DNA of 64,000 nucleotides from Spirochaetia bacterium. GTDB lineage: Bacteria > Spirochaetota > Spirochaetia > DSM-2461. Under the pieces are notes generated by a model that was given only the letters and a program-made list of their open reading frames with translations, ran no database searches and was not told the origin of the DNA. Positions 21,602 through 35,496 of the stretch are shown here, piece by piece. The number at the start of each line of letters is the position of its first letter. The first letter of the stretch is position 1. The translations under genes were made by a program, and so were the position numbers. The DNA is taken from the NCBI GenBank assembly GCA_963668315.1, contig OY764216.1:384001-448000 (forward strand), given 5' to 3'.

Positions 21602-21791
21602 TAAACCGCTTCAGCGATTTTGAGACTCACTAAACTTGTTATCCCCGACAACCAGGAACACTACCTACTGATTAAAATCAGCGGTTTAGCTCAACGCTCC
21701 CCTGCGGGATATCCCATCGAAAGAGGTCTGCATGCAGACATATCGCAGGTCAAAACCTTAATCAGGAGGCCAGTTCAACGAACCGGCTTCC
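21602..21791. ncRNA. Candidate structured RNA in the rpsG-tuf spacer; family not recognised
   Basis: At least five complementary helices within about 190 nt (see findings). Confidence 0.35.
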
Positions 21792-21810
21792 ATCTATCAT
21801 TCTAAAGGTC

Positions 21811-22281
21811 CTACCACTTATAATGACTGAAAGCCTTGTTAGCTTCTGCCATTCTATGGGTATCTTCCTTCTTCTTAAAAGCTGAACCGGTTGAATTAAA
21901 AGCATCAAGCAACTCTGCGCTGAGCTTCTCACCCATGCTTCTGCCGCTTCTGGAACGGGCAGCAGCAATCAACCACCTCATAGCCAGTGCTTCGCGGCGC
22001 ACATCTCTGATTTCAATAGGAACCTGATAGGTGGAACCGCCAACACGGCGAGATTTAACTTCAAAAGAAGGCTTAACATTCTCGACTGCGCCGAGAAATA
22101 CTTCTAAAGCATCCTTCTGAGATTTTTCAGCCATAACTTCCATGGCACTGTACATAACCTTAGCGCTGACGGACTTTTTGCCATCAACCATCATCCGCCT
22201 GATAAACTTAGTTACCACAGGACTGCCATACTTGGCATCGGGACTTACAGGTCTGACAGGAGCTTCTCTTCTTCTAGACAT
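21811..22281 (-). CDS. rpsG: 30S ribosomal protein S7
   Basis: [22 protein letters not shown]. Confidence 0.98.
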   Translation of the reverse strand: MSRRREAPVRPVSPDAKYGSPVVTKFIRRMMVDGKKSVSAKVMYSAMEVMAEKSQKDALEVFLGAVENVKPSFEVKSRRVGGSTYQVPIEIRDVRREALAMRWLIAAARSRSGRSMGEKLSAELLDAFNSTGSAFKKKEDTHRMAEANKAFSHYKW

Positions 22282-22289
22282 AACTACCC

Positions 22290-22664
22290 CTAGGCCTTAG
22301 GCTTCTTTGTACCATACTTGGAACGAGCCTGTTTTCTCTTATCGACACCCAGTGCATCCTTAGTACCACGAACAATGTGGTATCTCACACCGGGAAGATC
22401 CTTAACTCTTCCACCTCTCAGAAGAACAACGGAGTGCTCCTGAAGATTGTGGCCAATTCCGGGAATATAAGCAGTAGCTTCATAACCATTGCTCAGTCTA
22501 ACTCTCGCCACTTTTCTCAGAGCAGAATTAGGCTTTTTAGGAGTCATAGTCATAACCCTGGTACAAACCCCTCTTCTCTGAGGACAGGACTGGAGAGCAG
22601 GTGAGTTAGTCTTTTTTACAGAAGCTTTTCTTCCCTTTCTAATCAACTGATTAATCGTCGGCAT
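22290..22664 (-). CDS. rpsL: 30S ribosomal protein S12
   Basis: [24 protein letters not shown]. Confidence 0.99.
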   Translation of the reverse strand: MPTINQLIRKGRKASVKKTNSPALQSCPQRRGVCTRVMTMTPKKPNSALRKVARVRLSNGYEATAYIPGIGHNLQEHSVVLLRGGRVKDLPGVRYHIVRGTKDALGVDKRKQARSKYGTKKPKA

Positions 22665-22713
22665 TGACAATTTTCTCCTTATAATAATTCAACATAAACC
22701 CGGAAGCATAGTG

Positions 22714-22742
22714 ACTATAGCAGAGCGCAATTTATAAGTCAA
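22714..22742 (-). promoter_or_regulatory. sigma70 promoter for rpsL-rpsG
   Basis: TTGACT-N17-TATAGT with a TGn extended -10. Confidence 0.7.
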
Positions 22743-22759
22743 GGCTTCCGAATCCAATT

Positions 22760-27010
<4,251 letters not shown>

Positions 27011-27023
27011 CAAATCCCTCCTC

Positions 27024-30000
27024 TTAGAAGCGGTTATCCTGTCTATTCAGCAGCTCTTCATCCCTTTCGGTAAAGGGAACCTGCTTACCCTTGGAATCAA
27101 AAATTTCCACATCCAGAGCCAATCCTCTCAGCTCCTGAACCAGTACGTTAAACGATTCGGGGATACCGGCGCTCGTTGTGGCGTCGCCCTTGACAATCGC
27201 TTCGTATATCTTGGTCCGTCCCGTCATGTCGTCCGACTTGATGGTCATCAGCTCCTGCAGAGTATTGGCGGCACCGTAGGCTTCGAGAGCCCAAACCTCC
27301 ATTTCTCCCAGACGCTGACCACCGAACTGAGCCTTACCACCCAGGGGCTGCTGGGTAACCAGCGAGTAAGGACCGGTGGAACGGGCATGCATCTTGTCAT
27401 CGACAAGGTGATGCAGTTTCAGATAATACATATATCCGACGAATACCGGGTTGTCCAGAAGATCTCCGGTACGTCCGTCGCGCAGCTGGATTTTTGAAGC
27501 TTCGGGAATACCCGCTTCGGCCAGCTGGTTATTAATCTCTTCGGTGGAAACGGACTGGAATACGGGGGTTTCATACATCTTGCCCAACTGCGCTCCCGCC
27601 ATTCCCAGCATAGTCTCCATGATCTGCCCGATATTCATACGGGAAGGAACACCAAGGGGGTTCAGACAGACTTCCAGGGGAGTACCATCTTCCATGAAGG
27701 GCATGTCCTCTTCGGGGAGAACGAGGGCGACAACACCCTTGTTACCGTGACGACCTGCCATTTTGTCACCCTCTTTCAGCTTCCTCTTGGTAGCCAGAAG
27801 GACTTTTACCACTTCGTCAACACCGGGGCTCAGATCATCACCTTCGGATCTCTTAAGCCTCTGAATATCAATAATGGTACCCTGAGCTCCATGGGGCAGC
27901 CTCAGAGATGAATCTCTCACTTCCTTGGCCTTCTCTCCGAAGATCGAGTTAAGAAGCTTGAACTCGGGAGTGGTTTCCGTCTCGGATTTGGGAGTAACCT
28001 TTCCCACGAGGATATCGCCGGAATGTACTTTGGCGCCCACGCGGATGATACCTTCGGCATCCAGATTCTCCAGGGCCTTATCGGAAACGTTGGGAATATC
28101 CCGCGTCAGCTTTTCAGGGCCGAGTTTGGTTTCACGGATTTCCGTGCTGAACTCTTTAATATGTATGGAGGTATAATAGTCATCCTTGACAACCTTCTCG
28201 GAAATCAGGACGGCATCCTCGTAGTTATATCCGTTCCAGGGAACAAAACCCACCAGCAGGTTCCGACCAAGGGAGAGTTCTCCGTTAGCCGTGGAAGGAC
28301 CATCAGCCAGAACACCGCCTGCGGGAACTTCCTCGCCAAGCTCAACGATGGGCCTGTTGTTGAAACAGGTATCCTGGTTGGTTCTGCGGAACTTCTGAAG
28401 GGGATACTCATCCTTGTCTTCGGGCTTAACCTTTTCGTTGGGCTCAATAACGATCTTGGTGGAGCTTACATAGGTAACCTTACCGGCTCGTTTAGCCTTG
28501 ACGACGACACCCGAATCGTAGGCGGCCCTTCCTTCCATTCCCGTTCCGACGAGGGGGGCCTCGGGAAACATGAGAGGAACGGCCTGGCGCTGCATGTTAC
28601 AACCCATGAGGGCACGGTTGGCATCGTCATGCTCCAGGAAAGGAATAAGGGACGCGGCCGTAGAAATAATCTGACGGGGGGATACGTCCATATAGCTGAT
28701 GTCTTTGGGATCCTGGACGGTATAGTCACCGGACCTTCTAACGGCTACAGCTTTCTCCTGGAAGTGACCTTCCTTATCGATAACGGCACTGGCCTGGGCA
28801 ATGAAATTTCTTTCCTCATCCATGGCCGAAAGATACTCAACCTCTTTGGTGGCCACTCCGTTTACAACCTTGCGGTAGGGAGTCTCAAGGAAACCATAGT
28901 CGTTTACCCTGGTATAGTTTGCCAGCGAGACGATAAGACCGATATTCGGACCTTCAGGCGTCTCGATGGGACACATTCTTCCGTAGTGGGTATAGTGTAC
29001 GTCCCGGACCTCAAATCCGGCTCTGTCCCGGGAGAGACCACCGGGTCCCAAGGCATTCAGACGTCTTTTATGGGTCAGCTCCGCCAGAGGGTTTACCTGA
29101 TCCATGAACTGAGAAAGCTGACTGGAACCGAAAAACTCCTTGATGGCAGCCACAACGGGTTTGATGGAGATCAGATCCTGGGGCTTCAGAGTTTCAACGT
29201 CCTTAAGAGACATTCTTTCCTTGGAGATTCTTTCCATTCTTGTAAATGCCGTCTTGAGGGCATTTTCCAGAAGTTCTCCGACGGATCTGACACGCCTGTT
29301 TCCCAGGTGGTCGATATCATCGACGTTTTCATCGCCTTCATAGACTCTGATGAGCCAGTCCATCGTGCGGGTTATATCTTCCCTGGTCAGGACATGCTCT
29401 TCCATGGAGATTCCATGATCAAATTTCTTGTTTAACTTGTAACGTCCAACCAGACCGAGATCATACCGGCGGGAGGAGAAGAACATGGAGTTCAGATCCT
29501 TTTCGGCATTCTCTATGGTGATGGGCTCACCGGGCATGAGGATGGAGTAAATGGTAGAGATGGCATCGGCCCTGCTGGGCTCATCGCTCACCTCATCGCC
29601 GTTAAAACGGGACTCTTCCCGGTCAAAACAGTTAATGATAACCTGGGAGTTCAAAGAGCCTTCGGCGGTAAAATCGATAACAGAAACGCTCTCAACGCCG
29701 GAATGAACCAGTTCGTCAATATCGTTGGGATAGATTTTTACACCGGCGGGATAAAGCTTTTTCTCTTCTCCGTCGGTCTCAACCATAACGGCTCTTGCCA
29801 GAACTCTTCCGTTAAGAGACTTATCTCCTTCCTTATTGGGAACGACCTTCATCTTCTTCGTCTTGTAGAAGAGATCAATAATCTTCTCGCGGCTGTCATA
29901 ACCGAGAGCCCTCAGAAAAAGAGTTCCGAGTATTTTTTTCTTTCTATCTATCTTGGTATAAATAAGGTCTTTCTTTCCCTCTACCTCGAATTCCAGCCAG

Positions 30001-30521
30001 GAACCTCTGTAAGGGATGATACGGGAAGAGACCAGATCTTTCTCTTTAGCAAAAATTACACCGGGAGAGCGGTGTATCTGAGAAACCACGACCCTTTCGG
30101 CGCCGTTTATAATAAAGGTTCCCCTGTCCGTCATAAGGGGGATGTCCCCTATGTATATGTCTTTCTGACGGATTTCCCCTGTGCTCTGGAAAACCAGGTT
30201 GATTCGGGCTTTAACAGGAACGCCATAGGTGAGTCCTTTCTTTTTACAGCCCTCTTCGTCAAATTTAATCCCGTCGAAATCCAGGGTATAAAAATCAAAA
30301 TCAAGAACCAGCTCGCCGTTGGCACTCTCTATGGGAAAAATCGTTTCGAATACGCTTTGAAGTCCGCGGTCCTCAAGGGGCTCACCCTTTTTTACCCGAT
30401 CCAGTTGTAAAAATTTCTCATATGATGATAACTGAATATCAATAAGATTGGGCATTGAGACAACTTCTTCTGTCGGTGTCCCTATAAAAGTTCTTTTCTG
30501 TGCCTTATCTCGTGTAAACAC
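27024..30521 (-). CDS. rpoB: RNA polymerase beta subunit
   Basis: [32 protein letters not shown]; probable GTG start at 30521 after a G-rich SD. Confidence 0.99.
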   Translation of the reverse strand: MFTRDKAQKRTFIGTPTEEVVSMPNLIDIQLSSYEKFLQLDRVKKGEPLEDRGLQSVFETIFPIESANGELVLDFDFYTLDFDGIKFDEEGCKKKGLTYGVPVKARINLVFQSTGEIRQKDIYIGDIPLMTDRGTFIINGAERVVVSQIHRSPGVIFAKEKDLVSSRIIPYRGSWLEFEVEGKKDLIYTKIDRKKKILGTLFLRALGYDSREKIIDLFYKTKKMKVVPNKEGDKSLNGRVLARAVMVETDGEEKKLYPAGVKIYPNDIDELVHSGVESVSVIDFTAEGSLNSQVIINCFDREESRFNGDEVSDEPSRADAISTIYSILMPGEPITIENAEKDLNSMFFSSRRYDLGLVGRYKLNKKFDHGISMEEHVLTREDITRTMDWLIRVYEGDENVDDIDHLGNRRVRSVGELLENALKTAFTRMERISKERMSLKDVETLKPQDLISIKPVVAAIKEFFGSSQLSQFMDQVNPLAELTHKRRLNALGPGGLSRDRAGFEVRDVHYTHYGRMCPIETPEGPNIGLIVSLANYTRVNDYGFLETPYRKVVNGVATKEVEYLSAMDEERNFIAQASAVIDKEGHFQEKAVAVRRSGDYTVQDPKDISYMDVSPRQIISTAASLIPFLEHDDANRALMGCNMQRQAVPLMFPEAPLVGTGMEGRAAYDSGVVVKAKRAGKVTYVSSTKIVIEPNEKVKPEDKDEYPLQKFRRTNQDTCFNNRPIVELGEEVPAGGVLADGPSTANGELSLGRNLLVGFVPWNGYNYEDAVLISEKVVKDDYYTSIHIKEFSTEIRETKLGPEKLTRDIPNVSDKALENLDAEGIIRVGAKVHSGDILVGKVTPKSETETTPEFKLLNSIFGEKAKEVRDSSLRLPHGAQGTIIDIQRLKRSEGDDLSPGVDEVVKVLLATKRKLKEGDKMAGRHGNKGVVALVLPEEDMPFMEDGTPLEVCLNPLGVPSRMNIGQIMETMLGMAGAQLGKMYETPVFQSVSTEEINNQLAEAGIPEASKIQLRDGRTGDLLDNPVFVGYMYYLKLHHLVDDKMHARSTGPYSLVTQQPLGGKAQFGGQRLGEMEVWALEAYGAANTLQELMTIKSDDMTGRTKIYEAIVKGDATTSAGIPESFNVLVQELRGLALDVEIFDSKGKQVPFTERDEELLNRQDNRF

Positions 30522-30611
30522 AATATCCCCCTGAATATAATTATCCACTGATAGAATCAATATCCTACCAGTGGATAAGGAGTTACTTAATTAATTAAAC
30601 CGTAAAAGCTA

Positions 30612-30992
30612 TTATTTAACTTCAACAGTTGCGCCGGCGCCTTCAAGCTTGGACTTAATGTCAGCAGCTTCTTCTTTGGAAACGCCTTCCTTAACAGCCT
30701 TTTCACCAGCTTCTACCAGCTCTTTGGCTTCCTTAAGACCCAGACCAGTGATTCCTCTTACCTCTTTGATAACAGCAATCTTCTTGGCAGCGTCAAATCC
30801 TTTGAGGACTACGTCAAATTCAGTCTGCTCTTCAGCAGCAGCACCGGGAGCGGCAGCGCCGGGAGCGGCAGCAGCTACGGCTACGGGAGCAGCAGCGGTT
30901 ACACCAAATTTTTCTTCCATAGCTTTAACGAGCTCGGAAACCTCAAGTACAGTCATGCCAGCAATGGCATCAAGAATTTCTTCAGTTGTCAT
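30612..30992 (-). CDS. rplL: 50S ribosomal protein L7/L12
   Basis: [22 protein letters not shown]; start at MTTEE. Confidence 0.98.
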   Translation of the reverse strand: MTTEEILDAIAGMTVLEVSELVKAMEEKFGVTAAAPVAVAAAAPGAAAPGAAAEEQTEFDVVLKGFDAAKKIAVIKEVRGITGLGLKEAKELVEAGEKAVKEGVSKEEAADIKSKLEGAGATVEVK

Positions 30993-31069
30993 ATTATCTT
31001 CTCCTTTTATTATATTACACGGCGAAAGCATGTCAACCACGAAGACTTACGCCGCAAGATTACAAAAAA

Positions 31070-31600
31070 CTATGCGTTTCCCTTCTGTTCGCGAACCGCA
31101 TCGAGGGTCCGGACCAGTTTAGTTGTAATATCGTTGAGGGCACAGGCCAGGTTGCGTGCGGGAGCCTGCATGGTTCCCATGAGCATCTGGATGAGCTCCG
31201 TCTTGGTGGGCAGCTTGGAGAACTGCTCAACCTGTTTCGGATCAAAGATATTACCGTCAACAAAACCACCCTTGATTTCCACGGGAGATTCGTTGGCAAA
31301 GTCAAGAAGGGCTTTAGCAACGGGACCAGCTTCATCTTTTACGATGGTTACAGCGGTAGGTCCGACAAGAAAGTCATCAAGACCTTCTTTTTCAAGCTGC
31401 TTGAACGCAATCTTGGCATAATTATTTTTTACTACGTGAAATTCGGCATCCAGCTTTCTCAGATTACCCCGCAGAGCGGTGATCTGATCTACGGTCAGAC
31501 CACGATAATCGGCGAAAAAGAAATCGGTTACCTCACCAAACTGCTCTTTAAGAGCAGCTACAGCTTCCAGCTTACTGGGTTGTATTTTAGTTTCAGCCAT
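31070..31600 (-). CDS. rplJ: 50S ribosomal protein L10
   Basis: DYRGLTV, VVKN, KLPTK. Confidence 0.97.
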   Translation of the reverse strand: MAETKIQPSKLEAVAALKEQFGEVTDFFFADYRGLTVDQITALRGNLRKLDAEFHVVKNNYAKIAFKQLEKEGLDDFLVGPTAVTIVKDEAGPVAKALLDFANESPVEIKGGFVDGNIFDPKQVEQFSKLPTKTELIQMLMGTMQAPARNLACALNDITTKLVRTLDAVREQKGNA

Positions 31601-31610
31601 ATACTACTCC

Positions 31611-32288
31611 TTAGTTTGCCCTGTATTCGATTTTTACACCGGGCCCCATGGACGAGGAAATCGCCACGGATTTTACAAAATCACCCTTAACATCGGAAGG
31701 CCTTCTCTTTATCAGATCACTGAGAAAAAGCTCAACGTTCTCTTTGATACCATTTGCGTCCATGGACACTTTCCCAACGGCAATATGAACAACGCCGGTT
31801 TTATCGGCACGATACTCGGTACGACCTTTCTTCAGCTCTTCCAGGGCGCCCTTGATATCCATAGTTACGGTTCTTGTCTTGGGGTTGGGCATCATGCCTC
31901 TCCGGCCAAGAACGGGACCGAGCTTACCTACATCCTTCATCATATCGGGAGTAGCAACACAAACATCGAAGTCCATCCAGCCGCCCTTGATTTTCTCAAC
32001 GAGCTCTTCGCCGCCGACAAAGGCTGCTCCGGCTTCCTCGGCTTCTTTAGCTTTGTCACCCTTTGCAAAAACAAGAACTCTCTTCTCACCCTTGAACTGA
32101 TTGGGAAGAACCAGTGTATCGCGGATGGAATGACTTTTTTTGATATTCAGTTTAACGGAGACATCAACGGTTTCGTCAAACTTGGCGAAAGCGATCTCTT
32201 TAACAAGGCCGATAGCCTCTTCAACTCCGTAGAACTTTCCGGCTTCCACTTTCGTAGAAGCTTCCTGATATTTCTTTCCTCTTTTCAC
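31611..32288 (-). CDS. rplA: 50S ribosomal protein L1
   Basis: [24 protein letters not shown]. Confidence 0.98.
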   Translation of the reverse strand: MKRGKKYQEASTKVEAGKFYGVEEAIGLVKEIAFAKFDETVDVSVKLNIKKSHSIRDTLVLPNQFKGEKRVLVFAKGDKAKEAEEAGAAFVGGEELVEKIKGGWMDFDVCVATPDMMKDVGKLGPVLGRRGMMPNPKTRTVTMDIKGALEELKKGRTEYRADKTGVVHIAVGKVSMDANGIKENVELFLSDLIKRRPSDVKGDFVKSVAISSSMGPGVKIEYRAN

Positions 32289-32291
32289 GGA

Positions 32292-32723
32292 CTAGCCCTC
32301 CACCTTTACGCCCATGCTTCGGGCGGTTCCGGCAATGATCTTAATCGCCGCTTCAATGTCGTTAGCATTCAGGTCAGGCATTTTCGTTTCCGCAATACCC
32401 TTCAGCTGCTCTCTGGTAATAGTGGCGACCTTAGTCTTGTGAGGTTCGGGAGACCCTTTACCCAGATTCAGTACTTTCTTAATAAGTACAGCAGCGGGGG
32501 GAGTCTTAGTGATAAATGTAAAGCTTCTGTCACTGAAAACAGAAATTACAACGGGGATAAGCAAACCGGCCTCAACATTTTTCGTACGGTCGTTGAACTG
32601 CTGTACGAACTGAGGAGCAGGTACTCCGTGGGGACCAAGTGCAGGTCCTACAGGAGGAGCCGGCGTAGCTTTCTGAGCAGGAACCTGCAGCTTAATCTGC
32701 GCAATTTCCTTTTTCTTAGCCAT
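32292..32723 (-). CDS. rplK: 50S ribosomal protein L11
   Basis: [21 protein letters not shown]. Confidence 0.98.
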   Translation of the reverse strand: MAKKKEIAQIKLQVPAQKATPAPPVGPALGPHGVPAPQFVQQFNDRTKNVEAGLLIPVVISVFSDRSFTFITKTPPAAVLIKKVLNLGKGSPEPHKTKVATITREQLKGIAETKMPDLNANDIEAAIKIIAGTARSMGVKVEG

Positions 32724-32736
32724 GTATTTCTCCTTC

Positions 32737-32775
32737 GTGGTATTAACGCGCCGCCCTTAGAGCGGAGCTCCCATC
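32737..32775 (-). promoter_or_regulatory. Probable L1-binding autogenous operator in the rplK leader
   Basis: GATGGGAG-[CCGCTC/GGGCGG hairpin]-TTAATACCAC just before the SD resembles known L1 mRNA targets (GGGAG...UAxxACCAC). Confidence 0.55.
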
Positions 32776-32796
32776 ATATATACGCCCTACAGGCGC

Positions 32797-32830
32797 AAAA
32801 ACCTTCCTCACCCAAACGGGGCCGGAAGGC
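32797..32830 (-). terminator. Terminator-like hairpin after nusG
   Basis: GCCTTCC...GGAAGGT followed by TTTT. Confidence 0.5.
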
Positions 32831-32861
32831 TTATCAACATAAATTATCTATCAAAGAACAG

Positions 32862-33416
32862 CTAAAGCCGCTCTACCTGATTAAAGGCCACTTCCACAGG
32901 GGTATTTCTTCCGAAAATACCTACCATAACACGAAGCTTACCCTTCTCCTGGTTGATCTCTTCCACGACACCCGTGAAGGTCTCGAAAGGACCATCCACA
33001 ATACGCAGTTCTTCACCGAGAACAAACTCCTGCCTGACCTGATAGCGTCTTTCCGACTTGAGCTCACCGGCCTGCTGCAGAATAGCCTTGGCCTCTTCAT
33101 TCGTGATAGGCTGAGGCTTACTGCCTGCCAGCGTACCGACAAATCCGGTCACACCGTCGATACGGCGTATCTCATTGCAGGGGATTTTCCAGCCGCGGTC
33201 CGGAAGATCCATCTCAAGCATAATATAACCGGGGAGAATTTTTCTAGAGACGTTTTTCTTCTTTCCGTCTTTAACTTCTACTACATCTTCCGCAGGGACC
33301 TTAACATCACTTACGTAATCGGCTATCGTTCCGTCTTCCATTTTAAGACGGATGAATTTTTCCACTTTGTTTTCGTACCCGGTGTAAACCTGAAGTACAT
33401 ACCAGCCTTTAGCCAT
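32862..33416 (-). CDS. nusG: Transcription factor NusG
   Basis: WYVLQVYTGYE, PGY, DGPF...IFGRNTPVE (NGN and KOW domains). Confidence 0.97.
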   Translation of the reverse strand: MAKGWYVLQVYTGYENKVEKFIRLKMEDGTIADYVSDVKVPAEDVVEVKDGKKKNVSRKILPGYIMLEMDLPDRGWKIPCNEIRRIDGVTGFVGTLAGSKPQPITNEEAKAILQQAGELKSERRYQVRQEFVLGEELRIVDGPFETFTGVVEEINQEKGKLRVMVGIFGRNTPVEVAFNQVERL

Positions 33417-33445
33417 ATACCCTGCCTATTTAATTAACCGATGCT

Positions 33446-33628
33446 TTAGAAAAGAGCGATGAGCCCCTTTGTTAAAGCGTAATCCACAATACCGAAAAAC
33501 ACAGAAAACAAAACTGTAGAGACAAGAACAACCTTGGTGGAATCAACAACACGATCCCAGGAAGGCCACACTACTTTCTTTAATTCTGCATAGGATTCGT
33601 GAAAAAAAGAAGTTACTACATTCGGCAT
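33446..33628 (-). CDS. secE: Preprotein translocase subunit SecE
   Basis: ELKKVVWP plus one TM helix; upstream of nusG. Confidence 0.95.
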   Translation of the reverse strand: MPNVVTSFFHESYAELKKVVWPSWDRVVDSTKVVLVSTVLFSVFFGIVDYALTKGLIALF

Positions 33629-33652
33629 TTTATTACCTCCGAATAAAAAAAA

Positions 33653-33726
33653 CAGGTCAGGTAGGATTCGAACCTACAACATCCGGTTTTGGAGACCGGC
33701 GCTCTAGCCATTGGAGCTACTGACCT
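33653..33726 (-). tRNA. tRNA-Trp (CCA)
   Basis: AGGTCAGTAGCTCCAATGG...CCGGT-CTCCAAA-ACCGG...GGTTCGAATCC cloverleaf; 3' CCA not encoded. Confidence 0.96.
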
Positions 33727-33734
33727 GGGTTAAA

Positions 33735-33911
33735 CTATTTAATCTTCGTCTCTTTATGAAGAGTCGAAGTCTTACACCACTTGCAATACTTTTTGAGCTC
33801 CAGCTTACCCTGGATATTTCTTCTATTTTTTTCAGTGGTATAATTACGACGCTTACATTCAGGACACTGGAGAGCAATCTTCTCTACAGCACCTTTTGAT
33901 TTCTTAGCCAT
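33735..33911 (-). CDS. rpmG: 50S ribosomal protein L33 (Zn-ribbon type)
   Basis: Manual translation: [58 protein letters not shown]. Confidence 0.97.
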   Translation of the reverse strand: MAKKSKGAVEKIALQCPECKRRNYTTEKNRRNIQGKLELKKYCKWCKTSTLHKETKIK

Positions 33912-33951
33912 GTCCTAATTCTCCTCAATGTTTCAATGAAGCAAAAAAAAG

Positions 33952-34024
33952 AGCCTCCGACCGGACTTGAACCGGTGACCCCATCCTTACCATGGATGTG
34001 CTCTACCGACTGAGCTACAGAGGC
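33952..34024 (-). tRNA. tRNA-Thr (GGT)
   Basis: GCCTCTGTAGCTCAGTCGGTAGAGCA-CATCC-ATGGTAA-GGATG...GGTTCAAGTCC cloverleaf. Confidence 0.96.
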
Positions 34025-34041
34025 AAAATTGATGCTCGACA

Positions 34042-34071
34042 AACATAGCAAAAAGAAGGACTAAGTGTCAA
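34042..34071 (-). promoter_or_regulatory. sigma70 promoter for the tRNA-Thr/rpmG/secE/nusG unit
   Basis: TTGACA-N18-TATGTT with TGn extension; upstream A-tract could be an UP element. Confidence 0.55.
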
Positions 34072-34101
34072 TAGATTAATCTTTTTTTTTTCAGTTTTCC
34101 C

Positions 34102-35496
34102 CTAAAGAGGCCGAATCAGATTGCCATAGGAACGGTACAAACCTTTGATTCCGTCGGACAACTCTCTATACCGGGAAAACTTATCTCGGTAATAGGCCGC
34201 ATCCTGCGGCTCTATCACTTCCCTTGATCTGTAAAGAGAGACCGCTCCTTCCCTGAGCGAAGAGAAGCCGCCCTCACCCGTCAGAAAAATCACCAGTCCC
34301 CCCAGCAGCTCGGCATCAGCCACTTCCGGCACCTCAATCGGCCTGTTGAGCATATCCGCTTTCATTCGGTTCCACAGAGGACTTTTCGCCTGCCCCCCCA
34401 CCGTCACGATCCGCGCAGCAGGACCTCCCTCCTCTTCCAGAATGGAAAGCCCCCTTTTCAGAGCGTATCCGATGGCTTCGAGAACAGACCGCCCCAGTTC
34501 AAAGCGGTCCATCCCCGGTTCAAGCCCCAGAAGCATCCCGCCGGAAAATTCCCAGAGACCTCCGTCATTCAGGGAAGGGAAAAAATCGGGAAGTTTGTTT
34601 CGGTCGGTTCCGGTAATCCCTTCCATCGTACGCCGATAGGTCCAGGAATCCTGCCCGGTAAGCCGACGGTACCACTCAAAAAGGGCACCCGTGGAGGAGA
34701 GAATAATGGAACCGTTCCATACCCCTTCCCGCGCGCTGGGGTGGGGCAGAAAGCGGACGTGATCATGGTTCCGCCCGGTGGGGACAATAACATTCAGCCC
34801 CTCCGATGTCCCCGCCCTGTCGCATACGACACCCGGCTCAACCGCGCCGGCCCCCAGCAGGGATGTATAGAAATCACTTCCCGCGCCATAAACCGGGATC
34901 CCTTCGGGAAGTCCGGTAAGCCGGGCTCCTTCTCCGGAAAGAAAGGCTTCGGTTTTTTCGCCCAGATAGCGGTAGGGAGGAAAGATTCTGCTGTCAAATC
35001 CGTTGACGGAAAGGGATTCGTCCGTCCAGATGTAGGGGTTGAAGGGTTCTCCCGACGATACGGTGAGCTTCTCTCCGGTTAAGCGGTAAAGAATATACTC
35101 ACTGCAGCCCAGGAGACAATCGGTCTTTTCAAACAGATTCGGCTTCGAGAGGCGGTAACTGTCGACCAGGGGCAGATACAGAGACGGACCTTTGGCGGTT
35201 CCCTTACGGGCATCGTACCACATGAGAGCCGGACCGAGGGCCCTCCCGTGTCGGTCCAGGGGCACCAGAGTGGGACCGTGACCGGAAATCACAATCCCTT
35301 TGACGAAAGCAGAGTCACCTCCGCTCCCTGTGAATCTTTTCAGAAAGTCCGCCAGAGCCTGAACCCACCAATCCGGATCAAAGCCATCCGCCGCCGGCTT
35401 GGGAAGGACAAGCCTGTCATAATAGGAGAGATCTCCGTCATCGGAAAACAGCCCTCCTTTCAGAGATGTGGTTCCGATATCGACGGTTAAAATCAT
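34102..35496 (-). CDS. FGGY-family carbohydrate kinase (xylulokinase-like)
   Basis: DIGTTSLKG, WYDAR, AGTS, GGQAKSPLW..KAD. Confidence 0.9.
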   Translation of the reverse strand: MILTVDIGTTSLKGGLFSDDGDLSYYDRLVLPKPAADGFDPDWWVQALADFLKRFTGSGGDSAFVKGIVISGHGPTLVPLDRHGRALGPALMWYDARKGTAKGPSLYLPLVDSYRLSKPNLFEKTDCLLGCSEYILYRLTGEKLTVSSGEPFNPYIWTDESLSVNGFDSRIFPPYRYLGEKTEAFLSGEGARLTGLPEGIPVYGAGSDFYTSLLGAGAVEPGVVCDRAGTSEGLNVIVPTGRNHDHVRFLPHPSAREGVWNGSIILSSTGALFEWYRRLTGQDSWTYRRTMEGITGTDRNKLPDFFPSLNDGGLWEFSGGMLLGLEPGMDRFELGRSVLEAIGYALKRGLSILEEEGGPAARIVTVGGQAKSPLWNRMKADMLNRPIEVPEVADAELLGGLVIFLTGEGGFSSLREGAVSLYRSREVIEPQDAAYYRDKFSRYRELSDGIKGLYRSYGNLIRPL

